A program made the position numbers and the translations under genes. Positions 14,501 to 25,800 of a stretch of DNA of 64,000 bases are shown here, in pieces; positions within the stretch are counted from its first letter, which is position 1, and each line of letters opens with the position of its first letter. The DNA is from Owenia fusiformis (lineage: Eukaryota): contig CAIIXF020000001.1 in the NCBI GenBank assembly GCA_903813345.2, positions 46,810,001 through 46,874,000 on the forward strand. The letters run 5' to 3'. Below the pieces are notes generated by a model. It searched no databases and was not told where the DNA came from. It saw only the letters and a list, made by a program, of their open reading frames with translations.

Positions 14501-17500
14501 TCTGATTTCAGCAAAACGCAATTGCGCTATTCTGACTTTTTAGGGGGCCCACGCCCCCGTCTATATCCGCTAGTGCATACTACTGTTTATAAGATATACT
14601 AGATATAGTAGTATAATATAGATAATGCTGCTGTAAAACGGAGCCGAGTCAAATGTGTTCATTTTGGCCCGTACAACGTCTGGTATCCCGGCTGGTATCG
14701 AATATTCAATAATTATTAGGTGTTAGGGTTGACATTCGTTCAAATACATACAGTATTATATATTTCAGATTGTATTCTCCAAAAGGGGGAATCAAAACGC
14801 GTGACTGTACATGTGCTAGGTGAGTTCATACTGAAAGAACTAACACCCGATGCAGTATGCACCAAAGTACAAACAACAAGAACTTGTCGAATCAAAACAC
14901 CAGAAATGGGGAAATTAACGACTTCACTGACAACAACTACAATCGACCCTTATAGAAACAAGGGGTGTTACAGTGCTGATGGAACTTGGACTTACAAAGC
15001 TAAGCAAAATCCCGGCAGAGACAGATTTTCTTTTGTATCACCTGACTGTTGCCATAGTGTTGAATATGTCGTCAATGTGATTGAGTTGAATGGTAGGAGT
15101 TTTGAACTTTTATATGATCATATTAGTATTCAGTAGTGGGTATTAGGTACCCTGCGTGCAGAGTCTAGTTAAACTACCATTCGAAGCTCTCTTTTAACAA
15201 GTGAAGTCAATCGAATGCAAAGGGTAGGTATAAGGTACAGCCATTGCGTCTGTGCAACAAGATGGCCTTCCTTCTGGTAGCAAATTTTCTACATTTTGTT
15301 TTGTCCATTTAAACACATTCTTGGACGATTTTCTCCGGCCATCATCGAAGGCGTATATGCATGCAGGTATCGCATCACTATGCAGTGTGCGAGCCGTGTT
15401 ACCCGCATTGGTTTCTTTTATTTTACTTCCAGTAGCTTGGTTATATTTTATCATGGAGCCTGTACATTTGAGGCAAATTCTTGATTGGCTCGTAGATAAC
15501 TGCACTTGCAAAATGGTTCATTGTTTATTTGCAGATAAGAATTCTGTTTGTGGATTAAAAGATAAAGAATTTAAAGGTATAGAATGTAGAAATGTATACT
15601 CCAGACAGTGTCCAAATACATATAGATGCGTTAAGAGAAAGGCGTGTTGTAGATACAGTGATGTACCAGCCTGCGAAACAATTCTTAATGAGAATTACGG
15701 AAATGAAACTGTACCATGGGCTTGTCGTGGAGGAAACAGTAAACGCTGTCCAGAAGGCTTTTCATGCTACACACACCCCATGAATGTGTATACAATGTGC
15801 TGCAAAATCAGTGAGTTTTTACCCGTATAATATTTGCCCATTTGAAGTATATTTTTTTTAATTTTTTTTTTCAAAATCAAAACATATACATTTAATCAAG
15901 AATACAAAAGTTAAGTAAGGTGTCATAATATAAAATATAAATTTTCAGTAAGTACATAAACCTGCAGTAATCTCACATCTATAAGATGTAAAAAATAAAA
16001 TAAACCTATAAAGATGTAAAGATGTGAAAAAAGTATATCTTTTTAAATATAAATGTTATGGAATTGGTGGACAGTTTTTCAATAACATAAAATTGGTGTA
16101 CTAAACAAATCATCAATCTTGACTTAAAACAATCGTTGAAAATAATATAGTTTAGTTTAGTTTATTATTTATTAAAGTGTCACAGGCCTATTATTTTACA
16201 TAATTATACGTTCAATTATTCAAAAGCCCCAAGCCAACAATGGCTTATGAGACACTGTCCATCTCAGAAATATTGCTAATAAAATTATTGTTTTTGAATG
16301 AAAAAAATATTAAAGACCGACAATCAGTCAATAACTAGAATGTCGAATAATCCACTCATGCTAAGAAGTCTTATTTATGATACATTTAGGCAATGAGAGT
16401 CCATGATCCAAATATAACTTTTAATATCCATGACATTTTACCACAAGTATATCAACTCAGCCGGCTATTGCAAAATTGTTTGTTGAATCTCACTCACATA
16501 ATGTTCTTTAAAGTCCAATTAAGCGTGTGAGTATTGACCTAAATTAGGTTACTAGATTTTATCATAAGTCCACTGCAATGCTTGTTTCATGTCCAAGGCT
16601 TGAATGTAGGATGGCCCATTACCCAAATAAATTCATGTAATCCTGGAGCTCTTGGCCTCAATGTTATTGCTCTGGTGTGGCCAGATTTTACTGAATCTCT
16701 GCATATTCCTCAAAGTATATTCCAATTCTAGCTGTTTTCTGGTCTTTTGCTGCTCCACATATACGTTGTTGTATTCCTTAGAGTATCTTAATTTCGCTTT
16801 TGACTTCAATATACGTGCTTTGTCCGCGGGAGATTTCAACGTAACCAGTACAATACCAGCACTATCATGCCTTTTTGGTAGTCTTTTGACATCAATGGGG
16901 CACACATCTATCGGGCCATCATCACATACAATTTCGGACAGTACGTTGTTTACCATAGTAGAATCCAATATTGCTGAAGATTCCGGCAGATTCTTTAAGA
17001 CAATTACAAGTTCATTTGCTGAACTTTCATTCGAGGTATAACAAGGTTTCTCAAATCCATCAATACGGTATTTCAATTTCTTGATTTCAGCAGATACTGC
17101 ATTTACATGTTGTAATATTTCAGCTTTTTGTTGTTCCAATTTAGTCTCAAAATAACTCACCAACTCAGCTCGTTGAAGATCAATCTGTTTGAGGACTCCA
17201 ATATTCTGATCCATGATTCTGTTCATTTGTTGTTGTAATGTTTGGATCGTTGCACCCAATGCCATTATTGATGCTGAAGTATTTGAATCCATTTTAGGTC
17301 CATCTGTATTAAATCCAAATCGTTTTCCAATGTCAGCCATGTTTGATTTTTCAGTGTTTTCCTTTGTACCAGCTGAACTTTCTGAAGTCTGTTTTTGACT
17401 GTCCTGTTTACACTTTTGCGATTTCTTGAGCTTACCCATTCTCTTTGTATATTCCAATTGAACGTTGATACAGTTATAAATCCATAAAGTTTACAAAAAC

Positions 17501-20451
17501 ATCAAAATTGCACAAAATAGTAGCACAGAATTATTCACGTGTCATGTTGGTACGGTGGCCTATATAATCTATAATATTACCTTTCAGCGCAGTGTACCGA
17601 TAAGGTAGGAAAGACACATAGGCCCGAGGATGGAGATTTCAAAGATCCAATTGATAAGTGTAACAATTGCAAATGTCTGAAGAACGGACAAATCCAATGC
17701 ACTGACAAGCAGGCGTGTAAACAATGCAAAGTCCCAAATATGAAAGCACTTCAACCGCGAGGCTATACCTACACTATAAATGATGGTTGTGATGAGTGCG
17801 AATGCATTTCGTCTCCTGTTACCAACTGCAAAGGACCTTGTGGTGAATATTCTTTGTTTTAAATTTAATTTACTTGGGACTCGAGATAACTAATGAATAT
17901 TCTACGTTTTTAATTAGATTTTCGAGGGACTCCGAAAATATTGTTTTTAGCGAGTCGTAAGATTAAGATAACTGGTTTATCGATACTGCTTTTAACATTT
18001 TATTTCATCAAGAGCTTGAAGGTGCCAAAGTAACGGAATGGAGTGGAGATTCACCTTGCACAGAGGAGTATGGATTATCAGTGAAGATTAAGCATTGTAT
18101 TAACACAAATCTAGACGATACAACTAAAACATGCAGGATAACAAAGACTGAAACTAAAGAGTGCAATCCGCTCCTTATGCCTAGTAAGCCATTTTATGAT
18201 TTACACTAATAGTTTAGCGTGCAATTTGAAATCCAAAGATTTCATGGAAAAAAAGATATTTAGCAGAAATTATAATTTGGTATATCTATCATAGCTCGGT
18301 GTTTTGTAGACAATTAATACAAGTTTACGATATTTTCCCTCGCAAATCCCATTATTAAGAGTGAAGTTTTAAAATATTTATACTTATAGAGACAGGAATA
18401 CGCAAAACAGAAGCAGCCCCATTGGTGATAGGAGGCAAAAAGGTCAGTCCTGCTAGAAACTATCGATGGATGGCTCGATTGTCCCACATCGAATCGCCGC
18501 ATGGATTGTTGTGTGGGGGATCAGTGATATCAAGACTCCATGTACTTACTGCTGCCCATTGTATCTGTTCATACTGTGAAGGTTGTGTTGTAAAAGACAA
18601 TCAATTGGTTCCTTTTTTTAAAGGGTAATGTATCATTGTCTCATTAATAGAACTTAACGATCGTCATCAATACATTATACATGTCATGTACACATGGGTA
18701 ATACGTGTAAGGCACCCCCTCGTATATTCTCTATGGTTTTAACATAGATAATATATAAGAGAAGAATGTGACTTACTCCCCGTCCGTGTATGTACAACTG
18801 TAGAACGCCGTCAGAATGAATATATATTTGTTATGAAGATCGCTGATGTTATAAAGGGGTGATATGTAATTTCAAGGTGTGGAATCCTTGTTACTGTTGG
18901 TGATCACTCTATATCGACGACTAATGAGGATGTGGAACAAGTACGAAAGTCTTTTGTAATGCAAATACACAGGAATTATAACAGTACTTCGTTTGATAAT
19001 GACATAGCCATTCTAACCCTGGAGCATCCATTGATTTTCAACGATGACGTACAGCCTGTTTTATTGCCTAAAATACCACCTGGGATACTAAAGTTATCCA
19101 AGAGATATTGTACAGTAGTAGGTTGGGGTTTGACTGGCCCCGGAGGAATATGTAAGAAAAAACTCTAGTTCCTATTTCTTTTAGTATATTGCATAGTAAA
19201 GTAATACTAGATAAAGTGTATATTCAAATATTTTTTTACTATAACTCTCGGATGAAAACGTTTTACTGAATTGAACTTTGGCTTCGCATTCTTTTCAAAT
19301 GGGTGAATGACCCGCTATCAAGATGTATAAAATTATTCAATATCACATGAAATTTATATCACACCATTTTGTATTTTCGAATGAATTTTATTTTCTCTGC
19401 CTCATAGCCAAAACCTACCAAAACCAACAGTTATGTTACACCACACATCATGATACTTCCCAAATAAGGTATTGACTAGATGGACGCCTAATATGCTGAT
19501 TTGCATTATTTTCTTACTCATTAGATTGAAATTCATGATGGTTCATAAAGTTGGCTCGACCATGTAATTAATGGTACATGATCCCAGTTACATACACTGT
19601 AGACCCTTTTGAATTTTGTATTTCAAAGCTGACGAGTTGCAGGAAGCAGGATTGCTTCTCGACGAAGAATGCAGCCGGGCGAGTATCGTAACAACAGAGA
19701 ACATGATATGTGCAAACATCGAACGTTCAGGAGCAGATTCGTGTTATGTGAGTAAAAACTATTCAATCAATGTCTTGAAAGTAAAACAGATCAATGTAGA
19801 TACCATGCTTATATTCTTAATATAGCTAGTTGTATAATTCAATCAACGCATTAATCGACATAATATAGTAACTATTGGTTCATGTATGTTTTATTTATTT
19901 AATAGGGTGATTCTGGCGGGGGATTATCCTGCCGTCTATTTGGACCCAAGTACCCATGGGCCATATTTGGAATCGTTAGCACTGGGAGTAGACGCTGTGG
20001 AGCGAATGGTGGAGGAGCTTACACTAAAGTTCAAAACTACGTGGATTGGATAGAAAAACATATATCTAGTAAGTGAGATCGACAGTCAGATGTATGAGTA
20101 TTATTTCGGATAGTATCTACGCCAAATGCAGTGACAAATTTGGAAACTCACGGGTAAAGACATGGTGTGGAAAGAAATAATTTTTGAAAATCCATCAATT
20201 TTACAAATGTATCTCAAAATTAAATAATGATATTGTATTGTAATTATTGAAACATGAATAAAGTCTGATTTTTATTATTCAATTTAGCCGATGGGTCATG
20301 GGGCGAATGGAGTACGTTTACACCTTGCTCTCAACTTGGACAGAGGTCCCGTTCGCGTGTTTGTACAGACCCGTTACCAATTAGCCATGGGAGTTGTACG
20401 GCGTTGAATGGTGAAAAAATGAATATTGAAGTGGACACAGAAAATTGCTGA
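5506..20451 (+). CDS. Secreted multidomain (mosaic) trypsin-like S1A serine protease, ~1380 aa, 17 coding exons
   Basis: Exons: 5506-5587 (signal-peptide-like, least certain), 8101-8433, 8661-8747 (Thr-rich linker), 10100-10414, 10561-10890, 10997-11380, 13233-13544, 13706-14023, 14769-15092, 15535-15810, 17588-17842, 18013-18183, 18390-18624, 18877-19151, 19629-19747, 19906-20068, 20288-20451. All introns are GT-AG and phase-compatible; the total is 4143 nt in frame. Triad motifs LTAAHC, DIAIL, GDSGG; AATAAA just after the stop. Confidence 0.85.
5755..7190. mobile_element. Degenerate inverted-repeat element in the first protease intron
   Basis: ~5755-5847 (cgcctaatcatcga…accgtcgtacac…gtgtcactatt…aactgat…gaagcgaaaact) is the reverse complement of ~7098-7187. 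Confidence 0.55.
7605..8035 (+). mobile_element. Dispersed repeat, possibly Helentron/HINE-like; related copies at ~32339-32425 (-) and ~43890-43990 (+)
   Basis: Shared GCGTCTGTAACAAAT and TGTTAATGC(C/T)TTGTT motifs; internal TGACCTT/AAGGTCA subrepeats in this copy. Confidence 0.5.
8101..15092 (+). CDS. Seven phase-1 exons, each encoding one ~105-125-aa Cys-containing beta-rich repeat (cadherin/CSPG/Big_9-like)
   Basis: Shared pattern C-x(4-7)-I.L.V....LD(I/L)T.YL..E.C.....C....P..G.L...(N/D)PF...CF.P....WTY.......D.FS.VS.....L.F.I.I in exons starting at 8101, 10100, 10561, 10997, 13233, 13706 and 14769. Confidence 0.85.
9329..9955 (+). mobile_element. Unclassified dispersed repeat family; related copies at ~21776-22250 (+) and ~32980-33245 (-)
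   Basis: Shared GTACTGGGAGGTT.TG.ATATAGGG and AAACCGACCGTACATAACTG blocks; the first copy contains a nested ~90-bp MITE at 9653-9741. Confidence 0.6.
12478..13052. mobile_element. TIR MITE (PIF/Harbinger-like ends); second copy at ~24540-25169
   Basis: CTATCACACCAAACTAGTTCT … AGAACTAGTTTGGTGTGATAG; ~12680-13051 is highly similar to ~24785-25168. Confidence 0.75.
14308..14575. mobile_element. hAT-like MITE with a 5-bp TSD (CATAC)
   Basis: CATAC|CAGGGGCGGAT…ATCCGCTAGTG|CATAC; a related left end is present at 48981. Confidence 0.65.
15148..15226 (+). mobile_element. ~80-bp Mutator-like MITE with a 9-bp TSD; family also at 9653-9741, 58002-58067, 58078-58156, 58201-58267, 60378-60455, 60814-60891
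   Basis: TACCCTGC…GCAAAGGGTA ends; each copy is flanked by a 9-bp direct repeat (GGTA(T/A)TAGG-type here, with 1 mismatch). Confidence 0.8.
15535..15810 (+). CDS. Exon with two Lustrin-type/WR1-like Cys-rich modules
   Basis: C..C......CP.(T/G)(Y/F).C.....CC occurs twice (…QCPNTYRCVKRKACC…, …RCPEGFSCYTHPMNVYTMCC). Confidence 0.7.
16150..17560 (-). mobile_element. Non-LTR retroelement with intact ORF1 (coiled-coil + RRM-like) and a 3' tail but no ORF2
   Basis: ORF 16633-17457 has a heptad-rich segment followed by IVLKNLPES…IDVKRL…IVLVTL.S..DK..ILK.K.KL…VYV…T..Q.ELE..LR, typical of CR1/L2/Jockey-group ORF1. The 3' end has AATAAA followed by (AAACT)n at ~16150-16175. Confidence 0.75.
17588..17842 (+). 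CDS. Exon with pacifastin-like / VWC-like Cys modules
   Basis: QCTDKVGKTHRPEDGDFKDPIDKCNNCKCLKNGQIQCTDKQAC resembles C-xn-CN-x-C-x-C-x3-G-x3-CT-x4-C; a second, partial copy follows (DGCDECEC). Confidence 0.6.
18390..20068 (+). CDS. Trypsin-like serine protease catalytic domain (4 exons)
   Basis: APL|VIGG, CGGSVIS..HVLTAAHC, NDIAIL, CTVVGWG, MICA, ADSCYGDSGGG, GIVSTG, YTKVQNYVDWI; Asp189-equivalent present. Confidence 0.95.
20288..20451 (+). CDS. C-terminal thrombospondin type-1 (TSP1) exon
   Basis: DGSWGEWSTFTPCSQLGQRSRSRVCTDPLP…C…E…C*. Confidence 0.85.
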
Positions 20452-22839
20452 ATTGCATTATGTTAAAATAAAGCATATTCAACAGTTTATTTTCCCCCAC
20501 TTTTGTTTTGAATTTGGTTATTGTTCCTTTTATAATCTTAATAAGAGAACTTTAAGTGCAACAAAATTTTATTAACATTTGTGACGAAAAAATAACATTA
20601 TGTACATTTCTATATATTTGTGATATTAACATATACATGAGATTTGCTATTTTTATTCCATGATGGTGAAATCCCAAGCAATTTAATTAGCCAATTTGAT
20701 TTAATATTTATTCACCCTGGAATACACGCTCCATATTACACGCAGACATCTTTTCATTCTGTATTCCACTTACATATCATCATGGATTAAAATCACAGTG
20801 TGGTTACTATTGCTATGGTTATTGTTTCCGTGACATTAGCATATTACAAAGATGGTGTAAAAATTGTTTTTCAATATGATCTACTGTTTTCTGATCATCC
20901 ATGATGATTAAATAAACCATGATTACACTAACTGGTATACAGCAGATTAGTCTTCTACTTACCTGTTATTTAAGTAGATAAGGGGTATCCAGAGTCTTGA
21001 TTCAAGAGTAACAGTAGATCATTCTGCAGCAAACGGTTTGTTCACATAACATGGAATACAATGAAGCATTTCAATATAAATGGTGACCTTATCCTACGCA
21101 TATGAAGATGTATATCATAAGATCGATGCCATCATGAATTTATAGAATTACCTTTAAATACCATTTCAGTTAATAGCCAGTCAACAAGGTGCAGTGTGAA
21201 ACATCGTACACCTTTACGCCGCACCTTGAAAACGTTTGTTAACATATTTGTATATAATTTCTTTTAACTTTTAATTTCGCGCCAGCGCAAATTTGTAACA
21301 GGCTCTAAGCTATAACGTTAATACCTGTATCAAAATACATTACAATTGCTCTTTAAAATCATTGATATAAGACTTAAAACATCTAGAAACGTATTTCGTG
21401 CTATAAAAATTTAAAACCTCTATCATGTCTAAAACTGGAGTCTTTAATTGCAAATCGCAACCTCTTTGGTTGATTGTTTAAACAAAATAAATTACCAAAA
21501 TCAAGACATCGATTGAATTATTTGATAACGTAGAGTTAAGGTCGAAAAATAATTATTACATTTCATTTTGATATTTTTGTTTGATTTCGACAAAAATGTG
21601 GTATCATATTTCCAACTTTAATTACTTAATAACGCAACATTATTGCGATTTGTTATTTTCCCTTTAAAGATATGAATTCACAAAAAGAAACATGTATGAT
21701 GTACACTACATGTACGTGTATGTCTGTTTATAAAAACACTTTTCACTTAGCAATGGTTATGTAGTGAATAAATAAGGTTATAAAATATGTACTGGGAGGT
21801 TTTGAATATAGGGTATATCCTGAGGGATATATTTATATCTCACCGAGGGGAGATATAAATATTTCCCGAGGGATTTACCCTATATCCAAAACCGATCGTA
21901 CATAACTGCTGTATCTCAAACTTCGAGTGGGTTTGGGGTTCTACCTTTTTCAAATGACAGGATAGGCCTATTTATTGTAAAAGCACACTTTTTATTTAAC
22001 ATTTTCGTAATATTCCTTTAGTTCAATACAATGAACTTGTAACATTTAAACTTTAAAAAAATTAAACTTTCAAAATTTAAAACTTTAGATTTAAAAGTTT
22101 TGAAAAAAAACTTTTGAAAAATTCCCGCGAGCGGGATGGATATATTATGTCTGCCCGCATTTGGCCTGGAGCGGGACATATACAATATATCCTGCCCGCC
22201 TTTCAAATATGATGTATATTCCCGGGTGATATCTTCCCCAAACCCACTCAAGTATGAGATACAATATATTCTCTGAAAAGATATGAAAGATATTCTCTGT
22301 CATGACTGAAACTGATTAGAAAAGCAGTTAACTTTTTGAAAACAAGAAATCGCTGACTTAAACCAACATTTATATAAAATGACAAGTAACTGTGTAACCT
22401 GTGTATTATCAACATAGATTTTGATAACACTTTAATCATCTTTTTAAGTTTAAGGAGAGCACGCACTAAGAAGTTTTTAAAACTTATGGCATTCACAATA
22501 TCCATGTTAAATGATTTGAGAGAAAAATAAAAAGGTTTGTACCAAAGTCTAGTTGTTTGAACAAGTTACTGTCACATATCCTTATAACTCAGAATGGGTA
22601 TTACGAGGCTAAGTCGCTGTATGAATCACATCCCTAATCGCCTTTTACAGTTGTTCGCTCGAGTCAAATTATATAGGTTAACGACCTCTCAGAATGAAAA
22701 CATGTTTTTAAATTGCAAGTTTTGTGATTTGATCATCCCCGCTCACTATTGTCCAGAATTCATTCCACAAGTGTCCTCATATTCAATCGTATTTGATGGC
22801 GTCATAAATTTTAATCTGGACATTGCCTAAACTTAAAGT

Positions 22840-25800
22840 TTAACTGCACACGTATGCGGCGAAGGACCAATCGGAGCCACTTGCCGTCAAATCAGATACA
22901 TCTGCTCTACTATCCAATAGTTCACAGACCTTGTTCGAACTATCATAGTTGACGGACATGCACAGAGCATTCTGTAGACAAAAAACGCAGCAGTTCATCT
23001 TGCTCTGACTTGACATGCTGAGAAGGACGTGTCCTATAAGTTTAAAGCCATTTTGAACATTGAAATATGCATCTCTCCCTTGATTGAACATATGTACACA
23101 GTTGATCCGCGAAACAACGGTTGAAGAAATGGTTGAAGCATCCGTTGAGGAATGTGACGAAGAAACAGTCGAGACAACGGTCGAAGCAACAGTTGAAGCA
23201 ATAGTTGGTGCAGCCGTTGGAGTATCAGTTGAAGTAATGGGTGGAGCATTCGTTGAAGAAGATGTTGACGAAACGGTTGAAACAACAGTTGAAACAGTAG
23301 TCGAAGCATCTGTTGAAGCAGAGGTTGAATTACTCGTCGGAGCATCGGTTGAAACAACTGCTGAAACACATGAAATCAATAAAGAAACATGCCTAGGGAA
23401 AATGTCGGTTTAAGAATTGTCTTTTTGCAGTCTTCGACCTGCTTTGAATGGTCAGGTGCTCCAGAACTTCGAGCATACAAATTCTGTTTTTTGTATGCTT
23501 TAAGAACTCGTTTGCTGTGACTCATCATGAGATATCATGGCCTTCTATTACCTTCTTTCTGATGATTATCAGAATGGGTGTGACTGGTTGATTAGGGAAT
23601 TTCACCCAACCCCAGTCCGTTTTACCATATTTTTCGTGACGGGATGAAAGCCTTAAGAAAAAACAAGTATATAATTTGACGGGTTCAAATTAATGCAATT
23701 CTAATCACTCCAGTCTTCGATACAAAAACTCCCTTGAATGAAAAGATCTGAATGAGAAGCAACTGCGAACTTTTATAAATGTCAAGAAACTATTTTGTCA
23801 AGTTCTTTAGAACTATTTATTCTTGAATGTACGCGAATTAGTCTCTCGATGACATCACTTTCAAGCTTGGCGTGAGTGGGGTGTGGCAGTTTGGTCAGAT
23901 ATGACATATTTTTATCAGGCAATATCGGAACTCGCTTTCCTGGATTTCCGCTTATTTTCCTGGTATGTTTAAACAAATAACATATATTACAGCTACACTA
24001 GCATTTTACGTAGAGTTAAGGTCGAAAAGATGCACACGAAAAAAACTGTGCAAGATCAGGGTTTAAATTAGATGCAAACTATACCAAATTCAAATGCATT
24101 GAACCCGTTCGACATTACACATACCCATATAGGATAAATCACTTACTCGGACAGGTTTTCAGCTGCACTTCGTCTGCCATGCCTACACCTAAGGTAAAAG
24201 GAGCTCCAAAATATGCCCAATGGCAAGTCATATAAATGAGGCTATATTGAGCTACCTGGCAGTTACTATCCAAAAAGCACTTGTTCAGGCAGTCATATTT
24301 ATTAAGTGATTGGGCTGCTTTGTTGACCGAAGACACGTCGTTGCTTGTTAACGACCCCATTCTGCATTGGCCTTAAAGCAGAAAGCAGTCAAACACTTCA
24401 AATAAAACATGTTTTTTAGGAAAAATATGCAATATTATATATTTCATACTGTTGAGGTGAATACCTAGGCCAGTAGATCTTCAATATCTCATCAACAAAA
24501 AATGCTAGAATATCTTTGTTCTCGTGGTCGTCACGTTCTACAATTAGAACGAGTGAAAACGTACTAACGACGAGCTGGACGTACTACGAACGGAACCGTC
24601 GTACTTCAATCCTACTAGGGACGTTTTAACAATGAGTTGAACAGCTGTCTGAGGACGTGTTTAGAACGAGGTAGAACTAATATTCCAAACGGGTTTAAAC
24701 TGATTAAGAACGTATTTAACACTGCTTATGAACGAGTTAGCAAAAATATAGCTATCACACCAAACAAGTTGCCACTGCGTTCTCCAAAACTGGTTTTAAA
24801 CTGTGTGCGAACGGAATGAAAGAAGCTGCAACTTTCTAAGGTCTATTTACGAACTTTATGAACGTTCTCAGACGGAAATGTGATTTCAGAATTTTGAATT
24901 GATTCAAAATTCGATGGCGACCATGCCGTTCTGTAATCAGGTCATGTTGACCTTCTAGACTAAGGGACGCGTTCTACTACGTTGCACACCGACGTGGTGC
25001 GACCTGAACGAACTGCGAACGAGATGGACGTATTGGAGACTGTTTAAGAACGAAGAAGCTAATTATTTCAGACATATTTCCCGACCACAGCCAGATTGAG
25101 CCCGTTTTACGACGTTTTCGTAGGACTGGCAAGAACGGGTAAGAACTAGTTTGGTGTGATAGGGGGGTTAGAGAAGATTCATTGACTAGACTTTATTTGT
25201 ATTTTCAATAAAAAGAGATTAATTTACATATATTTGGGAGAACTGACACGTAAACGTGTACGTAATACTTTGACCCTCAAGAATTGTTGTCCACCTCTCA
25301 ATTGGTTGAAATGGGAACTTTTTTACAACTATTTCTTACACCGTCATACTCAATCCGTCAAATAAAGGCCAGTGAGGTGAAAATAGTCCATAAGAGGGGA
25401 CCATAAATTACACGTTTCACGTACACGTTCTTCAAAACAGTGCACCCCTAATAATATAATACGTGCAGAAAAGTCATCAGAGCATCAGATATGTTGATTT
25501 TAACATTTTAAACTAATTTGGTTATGTTATCCAATGCATTAGCAGAGAACCTGAGCAGAGCATGGAACGTTTAGAGTGAACTATAAATGGGGTACTACTT
25601 ACTATCTGTAAGCTCACACACGTAGCGCATCTGTGATGAACATGGTGCTGCGTACCATAACAAATCCTGGTCGATGTTAACACAATAACTGGCCAAGCCA
25701 GGCTCATTCACTCCCCAGTTTAGATATCCCGGAGATGAAGCATCGTTCCAAGCAAGTGCACTGTGTACACTAGGATCGTTAGATAGGCCAATCCACATAT

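Noticed and set aside
15252..15534. Hydrophobic N-terminal part of ORF 15252-15830 suggesting a TM segment
   Set aside because: Upstream of the acceptor at 15535; interpreted as intron read-through.
23084..23413. Plus-strand Val/Glu-rich ORF (and the 23034-23369 Gln/Leu ORF)
   Set aside because: Shadow frames of the Ser/Thr repeat in the minus-strand PAN gene.
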